Of a DNA stretch of 64,000 bases, positions 47,945-62,122 are shown one piece after another. Under the pieces are notes generated by a model that had not been told where the DNA came from, searched no databases, and was given only the letters and a program-made list of their open reading frames with translations. Every line of letters begins with the position of its first letter. The first letter of the stretch is position 1. Made by a program: the position numbers and the translations under genes. The DNA lies in assembly GCA_045837725.1 (NCBI GenBank), contig JBEWZL010000108.1:1-64000 (forward strand). The letters are read 5' to 3'. The stretch is from Vermamoeba vermiformis. Its lineage: Eukaryota.

Positions 47945-49502
47945 ATGGTACTCAAAGGTGTATACTTGTTTATCCTTATGGCTGGACTGCTGCACAATGT
48001 ATTGGCCGTGACTTATACCTGCGATCCCTTCTACAAACTGATTCAAGAGGGCCAGAAGACCTGTTTGTCCTCAAATATTGGATACAATGCATCACAAGAT
48101 TTTTTGACGGTGTATTCTTCATTTTCTGGTTGCGAGAATCAAAACGAAAGCGAATCTGCGAGCATTTTCTTTTCTGATCGATACTCGTACTGGACCGTCC
48201 AAATAGAGCCCAATTACGACTTCTATTTCGAGTACACTATTATGTGGACGAGTACCGAATCGAATTGCGTGGTTGATCTGTCCCCTGCTGGCACTTCCAC
48301 AAATTCATCAGATCTTGCTGTCTCTTGGGCAATGGTAGATCAAAATGGAATATCGAATAACCCGCTAGAGGTAAGAGTCGAATAAAGCGAGACTAATCCT
48401 CCCTATTTAAATTTTGAAGTATTAACTTTGCGCTAGAATCTCACTGACTTTGCGCTGAATAAACCATACACGAGACGCTTTATAATCAGTCCTGGCTCAC
48501 CGTAAATGCTTAATATACTATGTATAATACACTAATCTTACCCATTATCTTTTAGAACCGTGTATCGCTTCGGATTCACTTGCGCCAACCCAAACGGAGA
48601 AATTTCGTCGAGCACTGAGCAAACTGCCATCATATCTCGTATTATGTAAGAATGATATATACATCGCAGCGCGAAGTAGTCATGTTACAGTAATAACGTT
48701 ACTTGTAAGGTATGGCATGGTCGATGAGACCGCTCATTGGGATCGAGCCATTTTTTACCCCGGTTGGATCGGTTTTGGCTGTACGACAAGTGAGTCGCTA
48801 TTATAAGTATTATAATATGCCATGTTTCTAATCTTTACTTGTCCGGCAGACACGAGTTGTCCTGATCCACCTCCGAACGATGACGCGATCTGCGTTGTAG
48901 ATCGATCTTGGGGTGATACAGTGTGGTTCTATAATGGCAACTATTACGCAAGTACATTTAGATCCTCGCCTGTCTTCGACGGAGATTTTTACGTCGATGA
49001 AGGACAATGGACGGACAGCTACGTCCGCGGCTGTATTTATCCGTGGCGCGTGTCTACTGTCAAAATCGTGCTGTTTCCTGATTGGTCAATGAGATTGAGA
49101 TTTGGTCAAGGCAAACAATGCGACATGTTCCCGTTCACTATCGTCGGCAGCTTGCCTCCTGGCTTTGCACCGAACTGCAATTATACATTGGATCCGTCAA
49201 AAGTTCAAATCAGCTACGAAGGCAGCAATTATATGATCTTCGTTGCTCCGCTGAGTGTTCGGAATCAGAGTGGATGCACTCCGACGTCTCCCAATACCAA
49301 CGACGGCACTACGTACAGCGATGAGAATAGTGGTTTGTGGGTCTTCGTATTCTGTCTCGTTGGCGCTGGACTGCTTCTCATTGGCGGTGTTCTCGGCATC
49401 GTATTCGGCGTCAGAAGGTACAGACAACGACAGCAAAAGAAGGACGAGAAGAAGCAAGTTCCTGCTGATGCAGCTGAGGAAAAGCCGTCTGAAAGACGTT
49501 AA
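47945..49502 (+). CDS. Single-pass type I membrane protein, unknown function (multi-exon)
   Basis: Signal peptide MVLKGVYLFILMAGLLHNVLA, Cys-containing ectodomain, TM LWVFVFCLVGAGLLLIGGVLGIVFGV and a basic tail. Confidence 0.78.
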
Positions 49503-50861
49503 GGATTGCTCTGATTAATAAAGGGCTTTTTCCTCCTTTGGTTCTACGTTAAAGCATTTTAAATATCATAATTATCTTCCAATAAGCATATGGCTAGAGA
49601 TAGACAGTTAGAGAAGGGTCACGTACTCGCTAGGAGGTCAAGATCCGCTTGCCTTTATATAGACATTCGTGCCACGGGTGCGAGCGAAGGCGGCTTTGGC
49701 ACTGAAGAGTGTCAATTGTTGCATCGCCAATGCGTACAATCACATTCCGTTAGATACGCCATACGTGTCTGCCATTCGTTCGTCGCCTCAGTTCAGGACT
49801 CATTCTTTACCTTACCAAACCATTGGCCGATTGTTTGCGGCAAGGATGACAATGGTAAGGCCGGGCACAATCATAATTGTGCGACAGTAATGTTCTGACA
49901 CTTACTCTAGGCTTCACAGTTCGACCGGAATATGCTGTCACGGGGTACAATGCTGGAGACCCCGACACGGCTCTGAAGATCAAATTGCAAACACCTCTTG
50001 GTGCCGCGCTAGGCGATGTCAAGCTCTTCTTGGTGCCCAATCCAAATGATTATTTCAACTGCGTGGACGGTGTCAGTTTTGGGGCGACTACTTGACCTTC
50101 ACGCGCACAAGTGGAACGTGTCTTAGCCTTGGCCAGCAAAATTCACCGTGGCTGCTCAATATTCCAGCTTAGCTACTGGCAGTGGATATGATTGGACTTA
50201 GATTGATCACTATACCACGTGCACAGTTAGACCTTCTGGATGCGCCCACATCCGAGGTGTGGAAATGATTCATTTTCCAACCATAAATAAATTTGTTAGC
50301 ACTGTGTCCTCAACGGAAAAATCTTACTGTAAAGCTTCATCAAACAATGCTTGAAAATGTTGAAAAATTAATAATTCTAAATCTAGGATTATTACAAAAA
50401 GCTTACTCATTTCTTAGATTCCTTGTCTTGCACCGTAGTAATTACTATCATCGTGCGATGAGCAAGGGGAAGTGCGAGCCGGATTAGATTTGCCCGGAAG
50501 AAATTTGTTCAAGCTGCACGTTAGCAGATTGGAGTTACGAATAATGTAAGCAATTGTTGTTACGCCGAAATATGTAATTACATTTGGTAGTGCTGAACTG
50601 TGTAGTAGTATTTGTGTGGATTAAAAGGGCTGAAAAGGCTCCGCAGTTGGCTTGAACGAACAAGTATGTAGGGATAAGCATATGATATCATGCATGGTGC
50701 GTGGTGTTGAATATGAGCTTATTATTCACAAACTGACAGTTCGAAAAAGCCGGCCAGAAGAAATTTGCAAGCACGGAGAAACTGGCGAGCTTTATTTTCA
50801 CGAACCACCGGTAACAGTAACACACGAGCTGTATGACTGCACTGTAGAAGCATCAATAACC

Positions 50862-53285
50862 ATGGGTGACGCTGGGATAATGAGATCCGTAAATGATCTC
50901 GAAATTGGTGCTCTCATCGGCGAGGGGTCGTACGCTCAAGTAAGCTTCAAAACACGTTATTATTTTAATATATAGAATATATAACACGTTTGAATGTTTT
51001 TCAGACGGGTTATTAATTATTCAGGAATTGAGACGTTCATTTCGTATTTTACGAACTGCATTCGCGTTCGATAAACGAAAGACTAATTCAATAATTTTAA
51101 TTAGGTATGGCGAGCTACAGAAAAGAAGACAGATAATGTTGTAGCCATAAAACAACTCGATAAGCAATTATTAATGCGCTTGAAGAAAGCACAGTATGCG
51201 CTATCCGAAAAAGAAATATTAATTCGATGCACGCACCCGAATATTATCAAATTGCTATATACACTGCAAGACCAACATAGTTTATGTAAGTAGAAATTTA
51301 AATTTCCACTAGTTAATACATGAAAGCCGAACGCAAATTGTTACACAAATCCAACGTAAACCATGTTCATGGTGCTCTTTTTCCTAATAGTGACCTGCGA
51401 AATTGACCACTAATTTAAATAATGATGCATATACAAGCGTTTTAAGACATTCGGCAATGCTGACAGATGTTGAAAAGTTGGGTTGAAATTGCAGCAAATT
51501 GATTCAAACCAACAATGCAGCCGAACAATATTAGAATATACAACAATTCCATAGCACGCAATATTAATCGCGTAGTCTTTTAATAATACCTCCTTATTTT
51601 AATCGAAAGGATGAAATTCCATACCGCAAAACCAGTAATCCCGCCAAAAAAAATCTAATAGCGGATGCGACGTGCCAGCAGCGTCAAATGCGGCTTAATA
51701 TTCCTTATGAAATAGTTTATTGAATTATTGTGTTCAAATTAATTCAAGATGAAAATTATTTGTGGTTCGGGCTAAAATCACACGCGTTAAAGATTGGCTT
51801 ACAGATTTACACAGATTATCACTTTATAATATTAGTCATATTACTAACGTATCTAATTAGATTTCGTGTTGGAATATTGCGCAAATGGAGATCTGTTCGA
51901 GCTCGTTCGAAAGGTAAACTCACGCACGTGCCGAAAAGCGCTTCTGAAATTTCAGCGCATCAAATTATCGAAAAACATTGCCGAATAATCAAAGAGGATT
52001 ATTATAACGATTGTTAGATATTTTGGATGTCGGCGGTTGCACGATCTAATCAATTTAATTCTTTTAGTTTGGTCGTTTGACGGAAGAACAGACAAAATTC
52101 TTTGCAGCTGAATTATTGCTCGCATTGGAACATTTGCACCTTAAAAATATCATTCATAGGGATGTCAAGGTATGTTTTGTGCAGCTCACTTTGCACGACA
52201 TTTTTATCGTTAGTAATACTCAATTATGATTACTAATACATTGTTCTTATTATAGCCCGAGAATATGTTGCTAGATGATAAATTTCATTTGAAATTGATT
52301 GATTTCAGCTCAGCTAAGATCCTAGGACCTTCGCCTCTCGGTACGTACTTGATCCAATTCCAAATTGATGGAACTGTTATTATTATTGCAATCTTCATAT
52401 AATTAATTATAAGACGAACAGTATGCTGTGTTTAAAATCACCCCAGATTGGATTGAAATCTAAGTTTTTGCGTGATCTTAAATTTGCTGTTTGGTCGTTT
52501 AATTTTATAGAATAGGTATCTGCCGATTAAATTAACTCGTGCGGATACTCTTTATACTTTCTTTTAGCTCTTGGACGTTCAATAACTGACTTTTGGATCT
52601 GTTGACAGAGCGAGCAAAATCATTCACAGGCACAGCTGAATATACACCACCCGAGCTTTTAACACCACAAGGCGTTGGCAAGATGTAAGTACATGGCACT
52701 ACATACTTATATAGAGCATTGAACTATTGCTACAATGAAATTATTTAATTGAAAGCGAACTAGATGCGAGATCTTTCGTGCTTTATTTTTCCCATGCTAG
52801 CAATTTAACAGCAGCTTCATTTTATACCTCGTGCATAGAGTGCCAGTTACTAATAATATAATGCCTTAGGGGTGATATTTGGGCCTTGGGCTGTACAGTT
52901 TATCAGCTGCTTTCTGGGCAGTTACCGTTCAAAGGTAGCAGCGAGTACAACACCTACCAGACGATTCTCGAATGCAAACCTGCATTTCCCGAACATTTTT
53001 CGCCTGCCGCAACGGACTTTCTACGGAAAATTCTGGTAAGTCCTCTCAATCCAGAACGTTCGATCTGGAACCTCAGATCGAACCATCTAATTGTTCTAGA
53101 ACCCAACGAGAATCCGAACAAATTCTAACATATGTTTCTTAAAGGTTCCAAACCCAGAAGAAAGACTCGGCGTGCACGGCTATGCTGAGATAAAAGCACA
53201 TCCGTTTTTCGAAGGGATCGACTGGGAGAACATTCATCGCATGGACTCGCCGTTGATTTCTATGCCCAGCGAACGTATAAATTAA
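50862..53285 (+). CDS. PDK1-like AGC Ser/Thr kinase (kinase domain only)
   Basis: [62 protein letters not shown] and [12 protein letters not shown] across the exons. Confidence 0.88.
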
Positions 53286-53954
53286 TTCTACAAAGGATAC
53301 ATGTAATATAACGTGGTAGAAGATAGGCTGCTGTAGCATAGCAAAACCTTAGGCCGATCCGACCTTGTAAATTTGTAAATGGATCCGGCAACAATAAGAT
53401 GTATAGGATATGTAAAATACAATGTAGTTCGCATCACTATCAATTCGTGGTTTTTCAGTCCGACCTCAAACAGAGTTTCCGTTATGATTCGTACCATTTT
53501 GCTTAATCGTGCACAACATAATCAGCATCAAATAACGATGATAAACATATGATACTTATAATGAGGCCTCGACTACTGTAATTATACAAAGTTGTTGAAT
53601 GAAAAGAGCAAGGAGTTGCGTCGAAAAAAAGACTCCAAATGATCGGGTTGAGGCGCACCAGAATTTTTTGCCGCAGTTCAAAATGTAAGACGATGAATAT
53701 TAACACCTCATTAAGGTAAAGCATAGCGCATTTAATTTTTTTCAATTTTTTTTTGGTATTTTTATTCCAACTTCGTAGAAATTCGAAGCGTTCCTTCCCT
53801 ATTCTTTGCACCGTTACTTTGAAATAATACAGCGAGTTTCTTGTATTTTGCTCGCAGTATATTTCAATGAAGCACGAGGTTTTCAAATGATAAAAGCGCA
53901 TCTCCTTGCTCTTTTCATTCAACAACCAAAACAACAACAAACACACAAGACAAG

Positions 53955-54551
53955 ATGGTAAGAATAACCAAAAACGTAGAGTAACTAGGTGTAGCTAACT
54001 GATGTCTTATAGAACTCACTTTCCTCAGTCAAGATTGCCGACGAGTGCATCCGCGAATTCGACGAGTTTAAGCTTCGCAACAAGTACGGCTACATCATGT
54101 ACAAGCTCGACATGAAGACTTTAGCCATCACCATAGATAGAACTAGCGCTCCTGGAACTTCCTACAACCAAGTAAGTCCTCTTGTTTCTATCGCGTACCG
54201 GATCAAATCTGACTCGTATTGTGTAGTTCATTGAAGACTTGCCCAAAGAAGAGGCCAGATTTGCAGTTACTCACGTTGGCTATGAGACAGAAGATGGAGG
54301 TCAACGCACTAAGCTCGTTTTCATCGCGTGGATCCCTCGTGACAGCACTACGCGCACCAAGATGTTGCACGCATCAACTCTCGCTCCGTTGAAACAAGCA
54401 CTCAATGGCATTGCTATTAGTGTTCAAGGCCACGATGTCTCTGATGTGCAATATGAGGATGTAAGTATAAAAATGCATACTAATAGTAGAATAGTGTCAC
54501 TAACTTGCTACATTGCAGCTCGTTGTCCGATGCCGCGAGAAGTTCCGTTAA
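53955..54551 (+). CDS. Cofilin/ADF family actin-depolymerising factor
   Basis: ATG-only first exon; VKIADECIREFDEFKLR.KYGYIMYK, LPKEEARFAV, KLVFIAW.P, KMLHAST. Confidence 0.93.
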
Positions 54552-54738
54552 GCTGAAATTGACAGGAGCAACGATCATTATGTAAATAGTCTATCTCTCT
54601 AATGTATACATGTCATTCTGATTGTAAATAAACCACTTGACATTTGTCAGCTCTGAATTTTTCTGTGCAATTTTGTTAATTTCTGCGTGTGAAGACAACT
54701 ACTCGAGACCTACGAGGCGTTGACATTTACAAAAAAGA

Positions 54739-56615
54739 ATGGAAGCGGACTGGGATGAACTTAAAAATCAATTATTGGATGAGGTAAAACAGAAAGTCTA
54801 CTCGCCAAATAATATTTAATTTCTGCAGTATAATTAATTTATTATTTACGTGAGGATAACTCAGCATCAAAACTAAGTGTATAAAGTTTATTCTTAATTT
54901 TCCTGAATTTTGATTCAAAAAAGAAAGTAATTTAATTGTAAACGAAGGGAGCTCAAAATACAGAACAAGGCGATCGAGAATTAGAGAAAAGAAGAGAGGA
55001 TATGCTAAAACTACTCAGAGAACGAAAAAAATTACGTGACGCAGCAACGCAACTTTACGACAGGGAATTTATTAATCATGATCAAGTAACTAGTCAATGT
55101 CTTGCTTAGTAATTCTAGATGGCACCTATATTAACATCATATGTACAGGAAGATCAAAGAGCGCGCGAGGAGCGCAGAAATCGACACGAAAATGAGCTTC
55201 TAAGGCGGCTCGAAAACATGGTAAATCCGCAAATAATGTGATGCCATTACGCATTATATTTAATTAATTAATTTAAAAGATTGATGAAAAGAAAAATAAG
55301 GACGAAAAAGCCTCTTCCGGCAGATCTTCGCTGAATCCGTTCAGATTGTTCAAGCTAAAGAAGTTCAATTATGCGTTAACTATTCCAAATTATTTCTGCG
55401 ATATGTTAATGAAGTCACCGCCTATTGGAGAGATCGCTAGATTTTACGAAAATTTTAAAGAGACTTTCCTCGTTCTTACGACGACCTTTCCAGTGAGTAA
55501 AATGCATTGAAAGCGTAAATATGATTATGATTAATACTCTATAATCAGAATTTCCCTATACTATTCCTCGATCGCTTCCACTCGCCTTCGGATCGCCAAG
55601 TCTTGTTATCGTTGGTTGACGCCAGAGACTCCGGCGGTTTTGTACGTAAAAGCACCGCCATATATTAGAGTATCAATGGTTGTTTATATCTTCATATTTA
55701 GACAGCGTTACATTGGGCAGTGCATGAAGGAAACCTCGAGCAGATCGAACTGTTGTTATCCAACGGAGCTAATACTGAATTGAAGTCATTTATGGCCGTA
55801 AGTAAACCATATAGTCGCGAATTAGGAATAATATTGATTGTTCATAATAAAGAAGCACAAGCCAATCGATCGAGCGGATGCACATCCGGAAGTTACGAAA
55901 TCAGCCATTCACAAGTTATTTCAGAAATATCAAGATGCCAAGAACAATAGCAATGCTGATAATATCAAGCATATGACGCCCAAGAAAACGCAGTTCGGAG
56001 ATTAAGCAACCTGCAGAATTTCCTTTTTTGGAATTGCCGGTAGAATTACAAATACTTATCATCGAAAAATTGACGATTCAAAATTTAACGAGACTACACC
56101 GTGTTTGCAAGTATTTCAACGAGCTGCAAATATTGCAGCAATTGACAGAATTGCCCGAAATGAACGTAGTGTTTGCAGATCCACCCGAGTACTATGATAC
56201 GATGACGCAGGGCCGATTGACAGTGATGGCGACACCAACAGTGTTCCACTTCGGAATTATTGTGGGACAACTGTACCAAGTGCCGTCAAAAAGAGGTGCG
56301 GATCGAGTCATTAACGAGATGTTCGCAAGAATGGAAAGTTTTGCAAAGGGTGGTTGGATTTTTAATTACAAATACGACATGCAAAAATTACAGCAGTTCT
56401 TATTAAATTGCTTACGAATGAATAGACGGATCTATATTCTCGAACAATCTTACAAAGACGATCATTACGGGATCTACGTGGAAGTGGATTCGCAGTTTGG
56501 TGTTGGCGTTGAATTCAAACATGGATTGTTTATGGATCCGATTCTTATTAATGACAACGACAACTGGACTTTTCGGGCAGAGGACTTTGGGTATTATTAT
56601 GATCTTCATCAATAA
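54739..56615 (+). CDS. Coiled-coil + ankyrin repeat + F-box protein (multi-exon)
   Basis: TALHWAVHEGNLEQIELLLSNGAN (ankyrin) and FLELPVELQILIIEKL...LHRVCK (F-box). 5' exons tentative. Confidence 0.72.
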
Positions 56616-56912
56616 AGATTTTGACGATCTTCTGTGCATTCAAGTAATTTTGAAAATTGCTTGGTGGAGACTCCGAACTCGCTCTTACGGACATTTGAGC
56701 ATATAGGATAGGTTTAGTTTGGAAAACTTGGCAATGTTAAAAGCGGAAATTCATGATAAATCTCTCATATGTTTTCTTTAATAGAGCTGCTCACACCTCC
56801 CCCCTCATACCCACACAGCGTCGTACTCAGTCAGAAAAGAAACGATAAAATGGGAACGTCTGGTCTAAGCCACAAATGAAATCTCGTTATTTTTACGCGA
56901 AATGCTAATCAG

Positions 56913-58678
56913 TTATTTACTTTGGAAACAATCGTACAAATAAGGCAAGTGCTTCAACTTGCATTCGTGCCAAGTCCTGCGTATACCAAATGACGTTCGC
57001 TTTAATAGCTTTAGTGTTTGTAAATTCGTCAGATTAGACAGCTTATCCTCATCAAATAGCTCTATGTCAGCTTTAATTATCAAGTGCTTCAATTTTGGTA
57101 ACGATTCTAAGGCGTCGATAATTACGTCGTCAATTTGGAACAGTTCTAATTCTTCTAAATTTGTTAAAAGTCGCAGTCCTGGTAATAATCCGTTTGATTT
57201 AATATTTCCGCCGAAAGGTCTTCCATGTAACTTTAATACTCTTAATGCTGTCAAATTTTTTAATGCCTCAAAGTCGTAAGGTAAAGCCGGGTCAAATTGA
57301 GCTATTAATTGCGTCAATTTTGTTAATTCGCCTATCATATGAAGTACTGAATTATTAATGGTGAATAGATGCAATGACTCTAGCTGCGATAATGACGATA
57401 AGGCTTCTCGTTCATGAACCGTTTCATAATTGTAAATTTGAAGACTTTTGACGTTTGGACAGTACTTTGCCATCCTAACTTCGGTTGCTAATAAGCTGGT
57501 GAGATTGGTCAATTTGAACGGAATTTCGGTTGTTTTTTCGAGCGAGATCTCGTATTCCAAGTGACGAAGATTCGTTAAGTATTTAGACTCGAGAATAGAG
57601 GGTAACGCTATCGTGTCAATGCTCGTTAATTTCGAAGAATTAACAAACTGCAAATATTGCCCTGTCGCTTTCCGAGATGTGACTCTCAAACTTTCGAGGT
57701 TTGTTAGCTTGCTTAAGAAGCAATACTGATCTTCATTAATATCAATGCCCAAATCTAAATATCGCAAGTTTTCTAGTGCTGTTAGTTGTTGGTAATCGTG
57801 ACCTGGTGATGCGACTTGATTTTGAAATAGCGGATGTGCTGTTTTAACGCTGAGCCACGTCAACTTAGTATTCACTGAAAAGTCATCGAAATGAGTGTTC
57901 TCTATTGAAAGTGATTCCAAATTTGGTAATTTGCTGAACGGAAACTTGACACCTCGACAAGAAAATGACACTTTTGACACGTGTGACATCTTCGCTACAG
58001 ATTCTTCATCGAACCCAAGAACTCCGTAGTGATCGATAACTTCTAATGATCGCAATCGAGTGATATTTCCTAATTTGGCAGCGGGATTGATCTTCCCAGA
58101 TCCGACAGGCAGTAGTAGAGATTCATAAACTCCTTTGATTATGACATGAGTAAGGTTCGGAAAATGTCGTATAATGTACGGCGTAAAATTTTCCGCGAAA
58201 ATCAACTTTTGCAGCGCCGTCAAAGCAGTGAAATGTTCGAGATCTTCTCTCTCGATTTCTCGCTCCTCGGCGCTGTAGTAACGTGATGGCTCTACTTCTA
58301 GTCTCGTTAAGTTCGTAAGTGATGCGAGTATAGTGAAGCTATTATTGAGGTGTATTGTCTTTTCGAATTGCAATCCGATCGGTTTGGAATAACGACTGAA
58401 AGTTTGGATGAGCTCAGGAAGCATTGATGATCTTGCAAAATAAATCGTAAAGTCGTCGTAGTTAATTATATTGAACCATTCAGTGCTCGTTGTTCGCATC
58501 ATTCGTCGCGATCTGTCAGACAGAAATGACGCAATAATTTTCTTCGTCTCTCTGGGCAGCAATGAAAAAGGGCCCTCATCCTGAAATGATATAAGTTAAT
58601 TGTAGCATAATTAATATTAATATTATTAATATTTATTTTTGCGATATCTTTTACGAAAGATCTTTCAGCACTCACCAT
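56913..58678 (-). CDS. F-box/leucine-rich-repeat protein, paralog 2
   Basis: ATG-only first exon at 58676-58678; FSLLPRETKKIIASFL then LRRs. Clearly homologous to the 45775-47649 gene. Confidence 0.85.
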
Positions 58679-58971
58679 CTTCGTTAAATCTCAAGACGAT
58701 CTTAATTTGTCGTTTATATTGGCTACGTAAATAAAACCAATTCTTAACTTATTCTGCTCGTGTGTTTTTGCAGATCGTCCATTGATTTAAACATTGAATT
58801 ATTTCTCGCTTTGACTGACAAACTTTGCAGGGGCAATGTTATAATTTCGTGTTTATACATTCGATGAAACATATATTACTTGGATTTCCCGTTTGTATCT
58901 ATCGTGACCAGATTCGTGTTGCGCGTTCAAAATATGAGAAAAGAAATTATTTATTTGCTAGAAGCACCAGA

Positions 58972-59780
58972 GATGGAAGAAAACGACATAGATAATGATA
59001 ATATTGACAATAATAATGTCAATAATAACGCTGTTAATAACGCTGCTCGAATTCGACCAACGAGACCTCGCTGTAGCCCAGGACCTTTATTCTTCTTCGG
59101 ATGTGTTGGCCTTTCTTGCTTGTTAGTAGGAAGCTTTGCAATGTTAATTGCGGGCTCATATTTTTATTCAATTTATAATCAATCTAGTGGCATTGAATAT
59201 CAAGGTAAGATTTTTTTTGGATGTCAATTTCGATCTAAAAATTCATATTTTAAGCAACAATTTGCGTTTTTGGGAATTCGTGGTATGAAGCTACGAATAG
59301 CGATACATACGATGTTAAGGCTGATGTAAGCAGAATTTTAATATTATTCCAAATATTTTTTCAATCTGACAGCTTTATTTAGGTTACTTTTGCAATCAAC
59401 GGCGAAACATTGCAAAAAACAATGTTATATAATAGTATGTTAATGATTATAATTATCTATACCGTTTAATAACTTTTATTTTCAAAGATTATGCCGATCG
59501 TCACGACGCAGATCTTATAAGCCTGTTCTTGCCTCAATATAGTCCTAATATAACATGCTACTATCATCCTAACCTCGACGGACCTGTCCGGGCGCCAATA
59601 GACGTGCACCAGAATTACGTGTTTGGCGTTGGACTTTTGGTGCCTTCGATCGTGGTCGCAGTCCTTAGCATCGTAGGCATTACTTTAATATGCGTCATTG
59701 GAAAGAAACAAACACAAGTCCAAAATCGGCACAACAGACGATTTTATGAACAACGAGTTGAAGCCGAACAAAGACGCTAG
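58972..59780 (+). CDS. Small two-TM membrane protein with a Cys-containing extracellular loop (multi-exon)
   Basis: Asn-rich N-terminus, TM FFFGCVGLSCLLVGSFAMLIAG, NITCYYHP, second TM GVGLLVPSIVVAVLSIVGITLICVI. Start uncertain. Confidence 0.6.
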
Positions 59781-60155
59781 AGAGATCCGCACTTTGGATG
59801 TCGGATGGAGCTCCGAACCGGCAAAATAGCACAAAACTACCATGGATCGTTCTGAATAATACTACTGGCGCTGAGAATAATACACGCACGGATTAAACGA
59901 ACGCGGTCAGTTGGATCTTTTAGCCAGAGCAGCTAACAAGGCTAAATCTCGATTACTGTAAATAATGTAAAATTCTTTAATAACGAAATGTTATTGCCAG
60001 TATTAACGCTAATGTGTGTACACTTACGAAAAACGAGTGTTCATCCGTCCCGTTTTCGGAGGTTTTTTAGGTCCCATTTCTGACGCGTCATTTCCGCAGT
60101 CCCCTTAACAACTACCACACAAGCGATATAAAAAAGATAATATAGAAGTCTAAGA

Positions 60156-61978
60156 ATGGTATTGATCGCTACTGAGACGATGAAAATTGATTTAACAGAT
60201 CAGACGAACTATCTACATTATGTCACGCATTTATTGCCAATTATATTAAATTAATTTATTGCGCTATAATTTAACTCGTATTATTTCAGGGCGATTGCTA
60301 TTTTTCGCTGCTTGCCCAAGAGACGAAGAAAATTATTGCCTCGTTTCTGTCTGACAGATCGCGACGAATGATGCGAACAACGAGCACTGAATGGTTCAAT
60401 ATAATTAATTACGACGATTTTACTATTTATTTTGCAAGACCATCAACGATTCCGGATCTTGTCAAAACTTTCTTTCACGCTACTCCAAACCAATAGGATT
60501 GCGCTTTGAAAAAACAATATCAATTGATAATAGCTATTTATTACTCGCATCATTGACCAATTTGACGAGCTTAGAAGTCGAGCCAGGCAGTTATTCGATT
60601 TTGAAAAGATCCAACAGCCTTTCAGCTCAGCATACAGGTCACTTCACTGCATTAACAAAGCTTCAAAAATTCAATTTGTGCAGCGCGGAAGTTGCTCCGT
60701 ACATCCAACACTTCCCAAAATTAACTTGCTTGAAGATCTGTGTCAGCAATACTACACACACCAAACCGTTCAACTACTACATGTACTCGCCAGAAGACCT
60801 TAAAATCCTTTCTAAATTAGGAAATCACGTGGACCTCAGATCGTTGGATATCAGCGACAATGACGCATTGTTAGAGATTGACCCCGAAGCGATAGCGAAA
60901 ATGTCAAAAGTGTCAAAAGTGTCATTTTCTTGTGCAAGTTACGGTGGCAACTTTCCATTCAACAAATAACCTAATTTGGAATCGCTGACAGTTCGAGCAA
61001 GCCAGTTCGATGATTTTTCAGTGCACACAAAGTTGACGCATCTCAAAATTGAATCATTAACTTTTTTTGGAATACCGCCAAACACTTACAACATACCAAA
61101 TCAGCTCGCAGCATTGCAAAATTTAAGACTTTTAGACCTCCAAGTGTCCATGGCAGAAGAAGAGCTTGGCTTTTTAAGCAAATTGACGAACTTGGAAAAT
61201 CTTCGTTTGGCTGCAATAACTTGGACTTCCGGTCGGTATTTGCAGCTCATAAATTCCTCGAATTTGACAGCACTGCGTTTATTTGCAACTGTTACAGTGA
61301 AAGACCCCGAATACATTTCGCACTTGACCAGCTTGCAACAACTTATGTATTTTCAAAAGGGCTCTTCAGCAGCCTTCACGAAAGCTCCGTTCAAATTGAC
61401 CAACGTCACGGAATTAACAGTGGGTGATATCTCCATATCGGAGATTTGTCCGAACCTCAAAACATTGACAGTACATTACTCTGAACAGCTGGCACATGAC
61501 ACCTTAGCATCACTTGTGCATTTAGAGAATTTGACGCTACCACTGATTGATAATTCAGTGCTGCAAGTCATTTCTCAGCTCACTCACTTGACACATCTGA
61601 GTGCCTGGATCAGCACTGACTCCGTTCAATACGATTTTTCAGCACTTCAACGGCTAACAGGATTAATAAACTTGCGTCTATCCGATAGAAAACCATATCA
61701 CACGAGCTACGAGCAATTATTGCAAGTTATTCGCACATTGACAAATTTAGAGGATTTAGAGGTAAATTCTTGCAAAAACTTGATCCCGAACTTGGAAAAT
61801 TTGCCGAGACTCAAATCTCTCGCGATTCGTGCACCTGATATAGAATACATTGCGAGACTCCACCATCAAAGTTGACAAACCTACAAGTACTTCAATTAGC
61901 CGCAATGTCTTTTGGACCAGGCGCAGCGTTTACAAAAGAACAACTGAATCTGCCGTACTTGTACAGTTACATTAATTA
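60156..61978 (+). pseudogene. F-box/LRR paralog 3, disrupted
   Basis: Homologous to paralogs 1 and 2. Frameshift near 60470, in-frame TAA at 60967-60969 where paralogs encode Leu (SKLPNL), and a second frameshift near 61860. Confidence 0.85.
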
Positions 61979-62122
61979 AGGCCTTATTTTTGGATACAAC
62001 TCATATAAAATATTTTTATGCACACCTCCGTAATTACATTGCTGCTATTTTTAATTTCTGTCAGGATCGGATCGAGAAATTGGTGAATAAGAGTTTATAA
62101 TAAGATATATATGTACATAATC

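Noticed and set aside
53503-53946. 147-aa minus-strand ORF
   Set aside because: Low-complexity translation of the AT-rich cofilin upstream region.
60030-60108. Transposon end (CCCC-TTAA, Kolobok/piggyBac-like)
   Set aside because: No matching inverted partner found in the window.
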